Part shown: positions 1 to 12,500 of the stretch, piece by piece
How the letters are laid out: every line of letters starts with the position of its first letter
Numbering within the stretch: position 1 is the first letter of the stretch
From: Eledone cirrhosa
Lineage: Eukaryota
Length of the DNA: 64,000 nucleotides
NCBI GenBank assembly: GCA_964016885.1
Contig: OZ024740.1
Location: 398,722,001 to 398,786,000, forward strand
Reading direction: 5' to 3'
Notes under the pieces: generated by a model
Database searches by the model: none
The model's input: the letters and a program-made list of their open reading frames with translations, nothing else
Told to the model about the DNA's origin: nothing
Translations under genes and position numbers: made by a program

Positions 1-103
1 AATACCTTAACATCAGTATGAATGGTCAGTTACAGCCAGTTTGAATAGAAAGAGGTAAGAGAATTCTGGCCGGATGTAGCCAGTTTAAATGCTAAAGGGT
101 TAA
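1..103. mobile_element. End of a piggyBac-like MITE (partial, window edge)
   Basis: Ends TGCTAAAGGG|TTAA; the same sequence recurs at 7743-7964, 36847-37070 and 45340-46913. Confidence 0.6.
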
Positions 104-210
104 GACAAACTCCATTGGCATGGAAATGGGCTTGTCCAAGATAGGATCAGAGCAACAAAACCATTATACATGTGCCTGATCATTGCTGATTTGTGGAATT
201 TTGTTGAACA

Positions 211-1997
211 AAGGAATGCGCAGAGCTCATTGCTGAATGCTATGCAGGCATTTTCACTATTGAAGACCAGAGTGTACCATCTCCACCACCTATGACACCG
301 GACTCTATTACAACCATGGAATTTACACCTGCAATGCTGCGACGTCACCTAAAAAATAAATGCAACCATGCCTCTCCTGGTCTTGATGGTGTTACGTACC
401 TGATTCTTAAACGTGGTGGGTACTTCCTTCTGCACCAGTTATCACGCTTCTTCCAATTCTGTCTGAACAACGGTGCTACTCCAGAACAGTGGAAAACTGC
501 CAGTGTCATTCCTCTGTTCAAAAAGGGTGACCGCACATCACCTGTGAACTATCATCCAGTCAGTCTTACTAGTTGCATCGCCAAACTGATGGAATCCTGT
601 GTCAGAGAAACACTTTGGAACTTCTGGAGCTCTCACAGTCTTATCCGGCCCTGGCAATTTGGATTTATCCCTAACTCCAGCTGCTGTGATCAACTTATAG
701 AGTTTCTTGAGGACATCACCCGGATCACTGATGGCGGCTCATGGGTGGATGTTGTTTACCTTGACTTTGCGAAAGCCTTCAATTCTGTGCCACACAAAAG
801 GCTTATGGCAAAACTCTCTGCAATGGGTGTGAAGGACGATCTTTTTAACTGGTTGAAGTCCTTCATTCTCAGTCGAAGAGAGGTAGTCACGGTTCTGGGA
901 CAGCATTCCTCACCATATGAGATGTCATCTGGTGTACCACAGGGATCTGTTTTTGGCCCCCTTTTGTTTGTGGCATATATTAATGACATAGATGCCAACT
1001 TAAAGAATGCCACGGTACTAAAGTACGCAGATGACATCAAGCTGTACCTTGAGATAAAAAGGACAGATCCTAAACACTATAGATCTTGCTTGCAGTCTGA
1101 CCTGGACACAATGCAACAATGGATCTCAGACTGGCAACTCAAGCTAGCTGTGGACAAGTGCACCACCATGCATTTTGGGAGTAAAAACCCAGCGTCCACA
1201 TACTCCCCCCACAGCACTAATATCAAGAAGTCTTCTTGTGAACATGACCTGGGCATTACGGTCAGCAGCGATTTGCGTTGGACGAAGCACGTCTCTAAAA
1301 TTGTCAAGAGGGCCGAGGGTGTCTTAGCATCACTCAGCAAGACCTTTGTCAGCCGCTCTCCAGATATCTATTTAAGGCTATACATGGCTATGGTGCGGCC
1401 ACACTTAGAATTTGCATCACCAGTCTGGAACTCCTATCTTGCTCAGAACATTGACCGCCTGGAAACTGTTCAGAGACGTGCAACCAAGCGAATACCCTCC
1501 ATCAGGCATCTACCATACTCTGAGCGCCTTGCTTCCCTGGGCATGGATACATTGAAGCTCCGACACCTGGCAACTGACTTGGTAAACACCCACAAAATTG
1601 TTAACCATGTTGCCAACAACAACCCTGAGTACCTTTTTGATTTCCATGTGTCTAACACACGTGGACATGCCCACAAAGTCAGAAAACAGCACAGTTCCCA
1701 TGACTTTCAGAAACATTTTTTCACGCTCAGAGTTGCTGAAGCATGGAACAAACTACCTGCATCAGTTGTTAGCTGTCGAGACACTGCATCCTTTAAGGCC
1801 TCCATGCTTCCCGAGATCCGCCAACACTACAGTTAATGTTCCCCCTCCATACGCATACACACATGTATACCATGACTCATACACTATTCACTTCCCTGAC
1901 ATTTGTGTATTATTCTATGTATTATACATACACCTTTGACGAGTTGTAGTACACCTGAGCACTTTACACAATAATTTCATTATTATTATCATTATTA
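211..1997 (+). mobile_element. 5'-truncated CR1-clade LINE with an uninterrupted RT ORF (292-1836)
   Basis: SPGLDG, LDFAKAFNSV, SGVPQGS, YADD and C-terminal TRGH...FFTLRV..WNKLP motifs; 3' GTAC-ACCTGA-GCAC stem-loop variant and (ATT)n tail; near-identical to 61757-63500. Confidence 0.95.
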
Positions 1998-2002
1998 TTT
2001 GT

Positions 2003-2550
2003 TGTCATGTGTAGTATGGATCTGATCATCAGCTTTATTGTGAAGACCACACTTTGGTCAGGAAAAACAAGCAATTTTCCTGTCTCATGGATATGGGGAA
2101 AGAAGTTTTTGAGTAGATGCAACTGAAAGGATGAAAGACAGACACTTTCCTCTTCAGCCAAGCCCTCATCGATTTTTTTTTATAAAGGAGAGTAAGGGTG
2201 GAGAGGGAGACGGTGCCTCCTGTAAATTTGCTAAAAGGTGGGTGGGAGAGGTGAATATGATCCAAGTGAATAGGGTTACTCTAAGCATGTGCTTGTAGGT
2301 CAAGAAGAAACAGCTGAGAAAGGACACTTGCTCTTGGCAATCAGGGTAATTCAGGCTCTATGGAATTCCTCGATTGGCTGTATGTAGTGCTCTTCCCTAT
2401 TGGGAACTTTTCTTTGAGGGTGTTTTTTTGTTATCTCATGTTTTTGTTATTTTCTTTTTACACATTTTATGTAACCTCCATCCTCCCTGTGTTGTATCCT
2501 GTCCTTTGTACCATTTCCATTTCTTTGAGCCCCTGTGGCTAATAAAGAAG
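2003..2550 (+). mobile_element. Degenerate 3' end of an L1/Tx1-like LINE
   Basis: Broken RVER...FAKRW-like peptide remnant followed by a pyrimidine-rich UTR and AATAAA at about 2541. Confidence 0.4.
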
Positions 2551-3337
2551 TAATTATCGTTATTATTATTTGTGTGGAGAGGTAGTATGAAGATCAGGTT
2601 AATGGCTCAAATGTCTTTCACTATAAGTCTGCTTGATCAGAGTTGATCTGAGCTTGAACAGCAGTAACAATTTTGCACAAAGCTGGCAATTTTTGCAGGG
2701 TAAGTCAATTAAATTGACCCCTATACTTGACTGATATTTATTTTATTGATCTTGGAAAGATTACAGGCAAAATTAACCTTGGGGGCGGGTTTGATCTCAG
2801 AATGATAATAATAACAACAGCAACAGTGTTTTTTCTAAGTGTCTAAAAGGAGAGAAATTGCTACATTTCTCATTTTCTCATTATCATGCATAATCTATTG
2901 TAGGAGCAGAGTTTCACCTCATGCAACATCTGCAACATCATTTAACAACCGTTTAAATGATGATGAATATGGTATGATTTGTGGGTGATTTTGTTGGTAT
3001 TTTTCTTAAATAAGGAATACATTGAACAATGATATAGAAAAAAACCAGGATGTATCAGTTGGATTATAGGTGTGATTGACCAGAGGCTGACCTGTTAAAT
3101 AACAATAACAGCACTATTTTAAAAGAATTTGAAGGAATGCAGTTGATTGAATGAACTCATTATATTCTTGGCACATTATATTACAGGGAGTTATTATATT
3201 CAACCTTGGAAAAATAAAAGGTATAGCTGACTACAACTAGATTTCAATTCAGAACATAAGCATTTCTATAAAAAATTTAAAAAATGTTTAAACATAAATG
3301 AGTTTTACAAAAAGATACTTAAAACAGTTGTATTTAC

Positions 3338-3515
3338 TTCTTCAACAAGTTTCTTTCTGTCTTCACTTTTTCCAGCATGACAAATTGTTCCAGAAACATC
3401 TAAGTTTTTTGAAGTTAGATTAGACACTGCTTCATCTACTCTGGCAGCTTTGCGACTGCTGACCATTACTTTAGCTCCATCTTCTGCTAGTCTTTTTGCA
3501 ATAGCAAAACCAATT
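3338..3515 (-). CDS. DHRS4: DHRS4-like short-chain dehydrogenase/reductase, coding exon 2
   Basis: TTTCAG acceptor, GAA|GTAAAT donor, 178 nt; encodes (G)[59 protein letters not shown]; phase joins exon 1 to give TASTDGIG. Confidence 0.9.
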
Positions 3516-4454
3516 CTGAAAAATATAAATAGATATAAATAGACAGGGCTGTGTAATTAAAAGGTTTGGCTTTATAACTACATGGTTGAAAAAAGCTTTT
3601 AAGAAATCAAATATAAAATGTACATTTATGAGTACACATACTCTAGAATCTATCTAAAAACATTGAATCTAGTTATATGGTGGACTTTTGGACTTATTAT
3701 TGAAAAAAAGAGGAAATAAGAGGGATCTATTCAAATATTAGTGATATGCAAATAGTTTCAAAGCCGACTTATGAACACAAATATTCCAGCTATGACCATC
3801 CCTCTTTTTGTATAACAGGGATATTATTCAATGATCCCTTCTTTTTTACAATATTAAGGTGTTGTTTGAAGGAATTTAGCTGCTAATCCTAGCAGATTGA
3901 GCAACTACATAAAGGCTCCCTTACTGTTTCATGTTTGATGTCTCTGTGATATTTTTTAAAAGAAAGTTTGGTTTGTAAGATTGTGTAGTGCATGTGTACG
4001 TATACAAGCATGTGTGCATCTATATCTACTTTATATAAATGAAAATCAACAGATCGTATTGGTAGCAAAAGTATGAGTGTGTGTGTGTGCTTGTGAAGAT
4101 CTTGTTTGACTCTGGGTCACTGTTTATCTAATGTATCTCCTTATATGGTGCAGATGGTTTCTCCTGCCATTTATTTTCTTTCTAGTGGTGATAGTGGTGG
4201 GGGCACATCACACTGCCCAGTTTGATACCATCATCTGGCCTATAGACCTCTTTAGTAGAGTACACTGCAATATCTTGACTATACCTCCTGACAGAGTTAC
4301 GTCACATCACATCAAGACTCCTTACGTTTCCTTAGATGCTAAAAACTAAAACTAAACTCACTAGATATATAAATATATATATATGTGTGTGTGTGTTAAG
4401 TATTTCCGCAGAAAAGGTAAAGGAAAGAAGAGTGCTCTATGTATAGTACAGAGC

Positions 4455-4668
4455 TATTTAATTACATAATAAACAACACAATATAATTATTCCATTTCAC
4501 AAAGTTAGACAATTCTAACAGAAACATCTAGTTCGTTCATCACATGAAATATCTAGACATAGATATTTCATGATGAACGAAACTGACGTTTCTGTTAGAA
4601 TCGTTTAACTTCGTGAAACTTTGGGTAATAGAATAATTATATTGTGTTGTTTATTATGTAATTAAATA
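4455..4668. repeat. Imperfect palindrome (about 100-bp arms) next to (TA)n
   Basis: TATTTAATTACATAATAAACAACACAATATAATTATTC at 4455 has its reverse complement ending at 4668; centre near 4557. Confidence 0.85.
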
Positions 4669-4683
4669 AATATATATATATAT

Positions 4684-5005
4684 GGAGGCACATGGCTTAG
4701 TGGTTAGAGCATTGGCCTTGCAATCGAAAGGTTGTGAGTTCAATTCTCAGACCAGGTGATGTGTTGTTTCCTTGAGCAAGACACTTTATTTCACATTGCT
4801 CCAGTTTACTCAGCTGTAGAAATGAGATGACAGGGACTGGGGTCTATATCATTCCACTGCAAAAAAGCACCCAGCACTCACTGTAAATGAGGTTGGTGTT
4901 AGGAAGAGCATCCAGCTGTAGAAATCAAGCCAGAATCAGTTCCCGTCCCACAATTGCAAGCAGGGAAAAAGCGGACGTAAAATGATGATGATGTTGATGA
5001 TGATG
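4684..5005 (+). mobile_element. tRNA-derived SINE family A with RTE-derived tail
   Basis: A box TGGCTTAGTGG, B box GAGTTCAATTC, core CCTTGAGCAAGACACTT; tail GGTGTTAGGAAG..CATCCAGCTGTAGAAA...(GAT)n shared with RTE 3' ends in this window; 5 copies. Confidence 0.9.
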
Positions 5006-5013
5006 TTATATAT

Positions 5014-5512
5014 AAGAAAAACAAACACAGATATATACATATATGTGTTCAAATCGTAAGGGACCAGATTCGCTAAGGTGAAAAGAATACTAACTATAGA
5101 CAATAATTAATTTGTTGAGCTAATTCAAATGTTGAATAAACCTGGCTGCTACTTTTAGTGGTGTGAGTTTGTGAGACACGCTAAGTTCAGATACCATGTG
5201 CGTTATTATATATACGCACACTATTCAGTTTTTTTTATATACTTAGAAGTGTCCAGGATACTAATTCTTCACCCACTGATGAGCAAGAATTGGTATTCCT
5301 CTTCACAATTAATTTTGCGAAACAGCATTACCAAAGCTGTCTGGGTGATTGGTAGTTACCACAATTCCGGTTTGTATTTATTTTCTTGATTTATTTTTAA
5401 ATTGAGTCTGGAAAACCCTATTGTCTATAGTTAGTATTCTTTTCACCTTAGTAAATCTGGTCGCATATACGATTTGAACACATATATGTATATATCTGTG
5501 TTCGTTTTTCTT
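5014..5512. repeat. Element with about 92-bp terminal inverted repeats (5014-5105 / 5419-5512)
   Basis: CTAAGGTGAAAAGAATACTAACTATAGACAATA and its reverse complement flank about 310 bp. Confidence 0.8.
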
Positions 5513-5609
5513 TTATATTCAATAATAATATACGGCTCGGAAAAATCTCTTTCCTAGAGCTATTTTATTGTAAGAGACTATTTTGAGTTTCTAACTCAAT
5601 ATATACCTT

Positions 5610-5646
<37 letters not shown>

Positions 5647-6079
5647 TTGAAAATTAACCTAGAGTTAGAAGATTCAATGCACGTGTTATTTTTACTATGA
5701 AAAATAGTCTCACAAATTGGGAATAAAAATCCCTGGACAGAAAAAGTTGACAACACCACTCTCCATCCAGGGGCTTTTATGCCCAATTTTTCATAGTTAA
5801 AAACAAACACGTGCGTTGATGCTTCTAATTCTAGCTGTAAATACTTAGATTTAAGTTTGCATCTTGGGATGCCAAAATTATAATATCTAGTTCAAGTGCC
5901 TGTGGGATCTAAGCCACTTACACCATAATACAATTAGTAGGTAGTTCCTTAAATCAAACAATGTGACTACTCATCATCAAAACTTATGTGAGAATTTATT
6001 TATTTTTTAACAAATAAGTGATATAAATTTGATATGAAAATGTTTTCCAAAACCAGAATTATTATTATTGTTCTTAAAC

Positions 6080-6310
6080 CTCCATTGGTTCCAATGGTGA
6101 GTGTTCCATATTTTTGGACAACAGAGCAGCCTACTCATGAAATTAAAGTGTATGTGGCTGAGAATTCCACAAACATGTTCACCTTAAACATAGTTCTTCA
6201 GTAGATTCAGCTGATTCGGCTGGAGTAATGTGAAATAAAATACCTTGCTCAAGGACACAATATGCTGCCATGAATCAAACTCATGACCATACAATTGTGA
6301 CCTGAATATT
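6080..6310 (-). mobile_element. Degenerate SINE (third family; related copies at about 14295-14445 and 19380-19660)
   Basis: Shared GTTCCA...GAAATTAA.GTG..(G)TGGCTGAG.A.TCC segments and CTTGCTCAAGGACAC core. Confidence 0.5.
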
Positions 6311-6399
6311 CTATCCATTTTCTATTATTATTCATAACACTGCTGTAACATCTTGTTGCCCCGATGTCTTTATACGACTGCCCTAGTATTTATGTTCTG

Positions 6400-7030
6400 A
6401 TAAATAGTGCTAAGTCAAAACCATTCAATGTGGATTCCTGACTTGGCCAAGGGTGTGTACTGCAACCTCTCTTGTTCATAATCTTTACAGATCGAGTGAT
6501 GGAAGGCAGGAAGCTGAATTACATGCTACAATTACAGGAGCTGGTGCAATGTGCTGACTTCAGCATTTGGATCGGTCTAAAAGCAAAACTTGCTACCTTC
6601 AATTCGGTATTCATGCCAACCCATACCTATGGTCATGAATCTTGGGTAATGATTGAAAAAATACGATGGCGAATAGAAGCAGCCAAAATGGTGTTTGGAG
6701 TAACGTTACTCGATAGAGTATGTAGCTCAAAGATGATAGTCTCTCCTGGTAGAGCCACTACTTCTCCGAATTGAGAGATCACAACTCTGATATTATGGAC
6801 ATATGATTAGAATGTGTCAGGAAAGAATCGCTGGACAGATTTTATGAGTAAAGCCAACTGGCAGAGACCCAGAGGTAGACCACAAGCAAGAGGGTTAGAT
6901 AACATTGGCTGGTCTTGCTTGGGGGTCCAGCCAAATCAATTGGAGACAGTTGCTTCTGACAGGATCTGTTGGAAGGCATGCTTGAGGACTCTGCCACCAT
7001 GAACTTTCCAAGAAGAAGAAGAAGAAGGAG
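6400..7030 (+). mobile_element. Degenerate RTE LINE 3' fragment
   Basis: QGC.L.PLLF remnant, TYGHESW, RPRGRP motif, (GAA)n tail; related to 21855-22320 and 35150-35910. Confidence 0.8.
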
Positions 7031-7742
7031 AAGATGGTTGTAAGAACAAGGTCATTGGATTTGTTTTCACCTGACAAAAAAAAAAATCAGATGACAGATG
7101 ACGACATTTACTATGTCAATGATTTTTCTCATGACTGATAAGAGCAATCCTGGAGCCACATCATCATCATCATTTTACATCCATATTCCATGTTGGCATG
7201 GGTTGGACAGGTTATCACTGTTTGTTTACATCATTGTTGCAGACGACAAATTGATTGAGTTCAGCATCAAGAGCATACATGTTTCTCCATCAGAAGTGAA
7301 AGGATTTGGTTCATGGATTTGTAGCAAGAGTTGCCTCCCTTGTTGTGACGATCACATCACCAATAGAGTAACACTCTCTAGACAGGAAGTAGCTGGAGTT
7401 GCTTCCCGTTGGGGTGGCAGCGCCCTTTTTTTTTGTCACTTCCGTCCCAGGACCTATAAAGGGAATAACTTTCAGCTCTCTATCTCTCATTTGCCTTTCG
7501 GCTCCTGGCCTTCTAACCTGCCTGGCCCTTCGGCCAGGCGCGTTCGTCTGGCAACCCTAACATGGCCTCTTGCGAGCTAACTTCAAAACAGTAACAAATA
7601 ACTTTACTTCATTCTTTCATCTACTACTCATTGACATGTCAACTATACTGTTCTACATAACCTCAACTTGTTAATTAAATGTTATATACACAACCTAGTG
7701 TCTTCTTATATTCATACACACCAGTATTTTGTTATAGATTCA

Positions 7743-7964
7743 TTAACCCATTAGCATTTAAATCATCCATATCTGGCCAGAATTCTCTCACCTCTTTCTC
7801 TTCAAACCAGCTGTAACTGGCCACTGATGCTAAGGTATTGTTCTCAAAATTAATAATATCAAAATCTCACAGATTCGATATTGTATGAGATAATTATTGG
7901 GGTAAAGCCATTACCATGAAAATACAATAGTAAATATAGAGTAATGTCAATGCTAAAGGGTTCA
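7743..7964. mobile_element. piggyBac-like MITE
   Basis: TTAA|CCCATTAGCA ... TGCTAAAGGG|TTCA termini; several copies in the window. Confidence 0.7.
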
Positions 7965-8244
7965 GCCAGTCCTGATTTTGATGCCTTATCACCCCGAGGA
8001 TATCAAATGTGGTTTTCTCAATTGGCAACAGGGTTATATGCCATATTCTTAGGAATACAGCTGATTTCTTCTTCCAAAGAAAGAGAGAGAGTGGCAGAGA
8101 AGAAGCAAGAAAGAGATATACAAAATAGAGACAGGATCTCAATGGAGAAACAGAAAAAGAGTAAAGACAAAAAAATTGAAAATGAAGAGTGAAAACAAGA
8201 CAACAGTTAAGAAGTCTTGGTAACAAGTTGGAATGCAAAGTGGA

Positions 8245-8398
<154 letters not shown>

Positions 8399-9139
8399 TC
8401 TCATTTGCCAATATTGCTATGACAACGAGTCAGTTATTCAACCAATCTTCTAATGGACAAATTATATCTGGTGGTACTAATTCAAAATGACATAGAACCA
8501 GGGTAGTTTTGGTATCAAGAAGGTAAAATCAGTCATTTATCAAAACTTTCTTGAGATATTTTTTCCTTCCCCTTGTAATAATAAGTATCTCCTATGCAAA
8601 GGTGAAATAACAAGGTGATTTATTTCTTATCTTTAGATTAGATAGGTCTAAAGGTTGTAAAAAAAGTACAATAAAGTTCAAAATATAGACCCTGTCAATA
8701 TAAATAAAAGCTATATGCTTTAGTTCTTTCAAACAATTCAGGTTAAATGATTTCATGGAATATAAGGAATCCAGCAAAAAAGAAAAATTAGAAAAAACTA
8801 CAGCACAAAAATACACACACACATATATAAATGTCCCTTCACCAATTTAAGAACCATCCTTTACCTCATAAAAAAAATCTTTAAACTATATCCTGATTTA
8901 CACTATAAAAAACACACAGTGTATCATCATCATCACTAAATGTTTTCTACTGCTGAGAGCAGAGTGTACTGAGTGCATTTTATCATGACAAAATCATTAA
9001 AGATGTCATGGTTTTGATGCAACTGGAAGCCACTTATTGTGATCACTTTAAAACAAGAGAGAGAGAGAGAGAGAGAAAGGAGATAGAGAAGATAGATAGA
9101 ATAAAATTCGGAAATACCAGGACTTATCAAATAATTATT

Positions 9140-9560
9140 TTTTCCAGCCTATGGCGTTCAAGACATTCGGTGAAGTCGGGCCGCTGACAGCGAAGTTCTT
9201 GTCATCACTGGCGGCTCACCTTACTGAGGCGTCAGGTGATGCACGTGAGGGTGCCTGGTCATTTCAGCGCCTTAGCTTTGCCATCACCCATGATGGCGAG
9301 CGTTGTTGGCTTGCCTCAAGAGTGTAGTTAACCCCTAAGGTGTGAGGTCCGGCTGATTATCGCACTTGGTGGTGAATCCCCCCACCCCCACCACCATTTT
9401 TGTTCTATGAATCTATATTATTCGGTTTAGACATTATATTTGCAATGTCCTTCTGAACGAATTACGTGCAATTTATAATGTTATTTACGCATTTGTAATG
9501 TTATTTATGTATATATTCAAAACATATTTGCAATGTAAATTTATACTAAATATATGGGAA
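9140..9560 (+). mobile_element. CRE-clade LINE 3' fragment
   Basis: Translates FQPMAFKTFGEVGPLTAKFL...SGDAREGAWSFQRLSFAI, the C-terminus typical of CRE proteins. Confidence 0.7.
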
Positions 9561-9574
9561 GAAAATTTTATTTC

Positions 9575-12500
9575 ATAAATATATCCTTCATAGTTGCACA
9601 AACAACATTACAAATCGTTTGCAATTCCTTCAGAATGAAAATATAAACAGAGCATATAAATAAATTTACAGTAGAATAACATAAATATGTTTTAAATATA
9701 TACATAAATAACATTATAAATGCTTCGGTAACACTACAAAGTATGATACAATGAAAGATATATTCCTTCAGTGCTACAATATAAAAGAAAATGTAAAGGA
9801 AGGGGTAAACAACTGAGCCAACACCAGAGCAAAAGACAGCAACGTCTCAAGGAGTACTGGGCAACCTCTCTAATGATTTTTGAGGCAAGCCAGCACACTC
9901 GCAGCGTTGCCTCGAGTGAAGGCGAGGCTGATGCGCAGAAACAGCCAAGCACCCTCGCGAGATTCACCAGTCACCTCTATTAGGCGATCAGCCAGTGAGG
10001 AAAGGTACCTTACAGTCAGCAGCCCGACAGATCAGAGTATTTGAGGGTCTTACTCCACTCAGCTGCAGAAACTGTGACTCTTGTCCTAACCGCAGCATCC
10101 AGGAAGTGGGAAAGAGCAAAAGAGTCACTAACAGTGACGTCCCAGAAAAGGCACCTGCCTCTCGACCAGGGGCACAGGGTAAGACCGTCAGGTCTTTTGC
10201 CGTCACTTCTGGACAACCCAGATGGTTCCAAGACTGAGGGGATATTCGCCCAGGCCAAAGCTCTCTTCAGAATGAGGTTTATCTCCGTGTGGCGTGCGAA
10301 GCGGCTGGCATTCAGGCGGCAAGAAATACCGGGGAGACCTGTAGAGTCGAGGAGTTTGCCGCATCGGCACCTCAAACCCATGCAGACGTCAGCTCCCACT
10401 CTGAGGGCAATGGAGACACAAAGTTCGTCCAGGCTGAGTAGGCCACCAACGTTGGCCACGGGTAGGGCATCGACCCAGTCGCCTGAGTATCTGGTGCTGG
10501 CAGATAGTAAGCGGCACCTTGCAAACTGATCTGACTGGACGAAGAGGGAGTCGAAGGTGGCCTTCGAACTTATGCTGTCCCAAGCTCTCTGACTTCGACT
10601 ATCCTCCACCTTCTCAGGAAGAGACAAGCCCAACTAACTCCATTGCTGGAGAGCTTCACCCAACTCCCTGTTGGAACTAGTCCATGTTGTAGAGGAGAGG
10701 ATTCTGCTCACCAGGGTGGAGCAAGCGTGAGTGGAGGAAAGGAAGTAGGGGAGAGAGAGGGACGAACACTTACGAAGACCAAGACCTCCAAATCGCTTGG
10801 GCAACGCAGCCTAATCGCCGGATTCTGAAGAGAGTCTAACATTGACCAGACACTCGAGTCTCTCGAAGATTAGGTCATCGAAGTGTTGGAGGCAGGACGG
10901 AAATCTGGGCTGACCCTGAGCAGATACAGAAGCTTAGGAATAGACAGGTAGTTCCTGAGTAGGAAGAAACCTTGATGGGGTTCGATAACTTCAATATTCC
11001 TCAGCAGCTGTTCAAGGCCAACCATCTTCAATTGGAAGGTTGACTCGAAGGCCAGGTCTGTGATTGGGGCTCCTAAGGAGCACCAAGCTGACGGAGGAGG
11101 GACCGCGATGGAAGGGAAGGACTCTGTGAACAGGTCGATCAGCTGTTGGTGTTGAGAAGCCAGGTGGTTGAGGATCTAGAGCTCACATTTGGAGCTATTG
11201 ATTTGGAGACCCCGGCGGCCAAGCTCCTCCACCATCCTGTTGGCAGTGGTGAGAACCATATCCGGAGTTCCCCCCAAACAGGCGTCGTCGAGGTACCAGA
11301 CATTGAGGTCCAACTCAACCCTCATCTTGGTGACGTCATCAATGCCCAATGCAAACAGTGCGGGTCCGAGTGGGTCACCCTGTTGGACTCCTGAGGCAGA
11401 GGTGATGACCTGGTCACCGAAAGAGAGGTAGGAGGGCTCCCAATAAGCCTGCCAAGCAAAGTGGTAGAGTTGTGGGACTCTCTCTCTTACTGAGCCGAGG
11501 ACGATGTCGCGGCTGACGGAGTTGAAGGCATTCCTGAGGTCAAGTTTGAGGATGACCTTGGGAGACGAAGAGGGCAAGTTGGTAAATGCTCTGGCAGCGT
11601 GGACAGCAGCCTCACATCCCAACCTGGTACCCACCCCCAGCTGGATGGGGGAAAATCCCTCCGCCAGTGAGTCGGAGACCAACAGCAAACACGCCTTTGC
11701 AGTGAGGCGGCAAGAGTGCAACCAAACGCAATGGGGTGCAGGTCCCCGTTGGGCTTGGTGAGACCAAATAGCTTTGCACCGAAGAACAGTGGGCGGATGA
11801 ACGGGTGAACGTTTACTGAAGAGAACTGATTCACAAACTGAGTCAGACTCACCGGCCGATAAGGAGATACCATCCTTGAGATGTTGAGGACGAAGGCCGT
11901 CAATTCCCGTACTTGACCCAGCGGGGAAGGATGAAATCGCCTTTCTGATAATATGGGTGGTGTAAACTGGTCTCAAGTATTCTGGTTGTTTGGGCCAGTG
12001 TAGCTGATCATCTGGGGGTGCCGATGGGTGCTTCTCTTTCAGACACTCAAGAGAATCAGAGTTGCACGGAGCAAGGGAGGACAGAGAAGAGAGGAGATGG
12101 ACAGCCCCTTTAATGTCAAATTCGCTGAATTTGGCATTGACCGCTCGCTTGAGGTCTACCAGTTGTCTGTTGGTGGACACCGAGCTCGGTGTCGAACTGA
12201 GATGAGATGTGGTTGGGGTGGACTCAAACAGCTGGAACTACTGCTTGAGAGAGGACGTGAGGGAACCCGAATTCGCATTGTGCACGTGGAGAGAGATGAG
12301 GGGAAACAAAAACAATTTCTGCCAGTCAGACCTATTGTTGGACGAGCAAACGTTTTTCAGTAAATTAGAGAGGGCACGTGCAAAGCTATTCCGAGCTCCC
12401 TTAGGGATCCGGTTAACGAGCTTTGATTTGGAGAAGCCCTGGAGGGCTGTGACAAAGTCCTCAGTAGAGAGTAGGTCATCGAAGCGTGGGGCATCCCCAC

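Noticed and set aside
345-1716. Several minus-strand ORFs over the CR1 RT (also at 48526-49428 and 62298-63253)
   Set aside because: Antisense shadows of the RT frame
4684-4760. tRNA-like heads of SINE A and SINE B copies
   Set aside because: No acceptor stem; they continue into SINE bodies and are not tRNA genes
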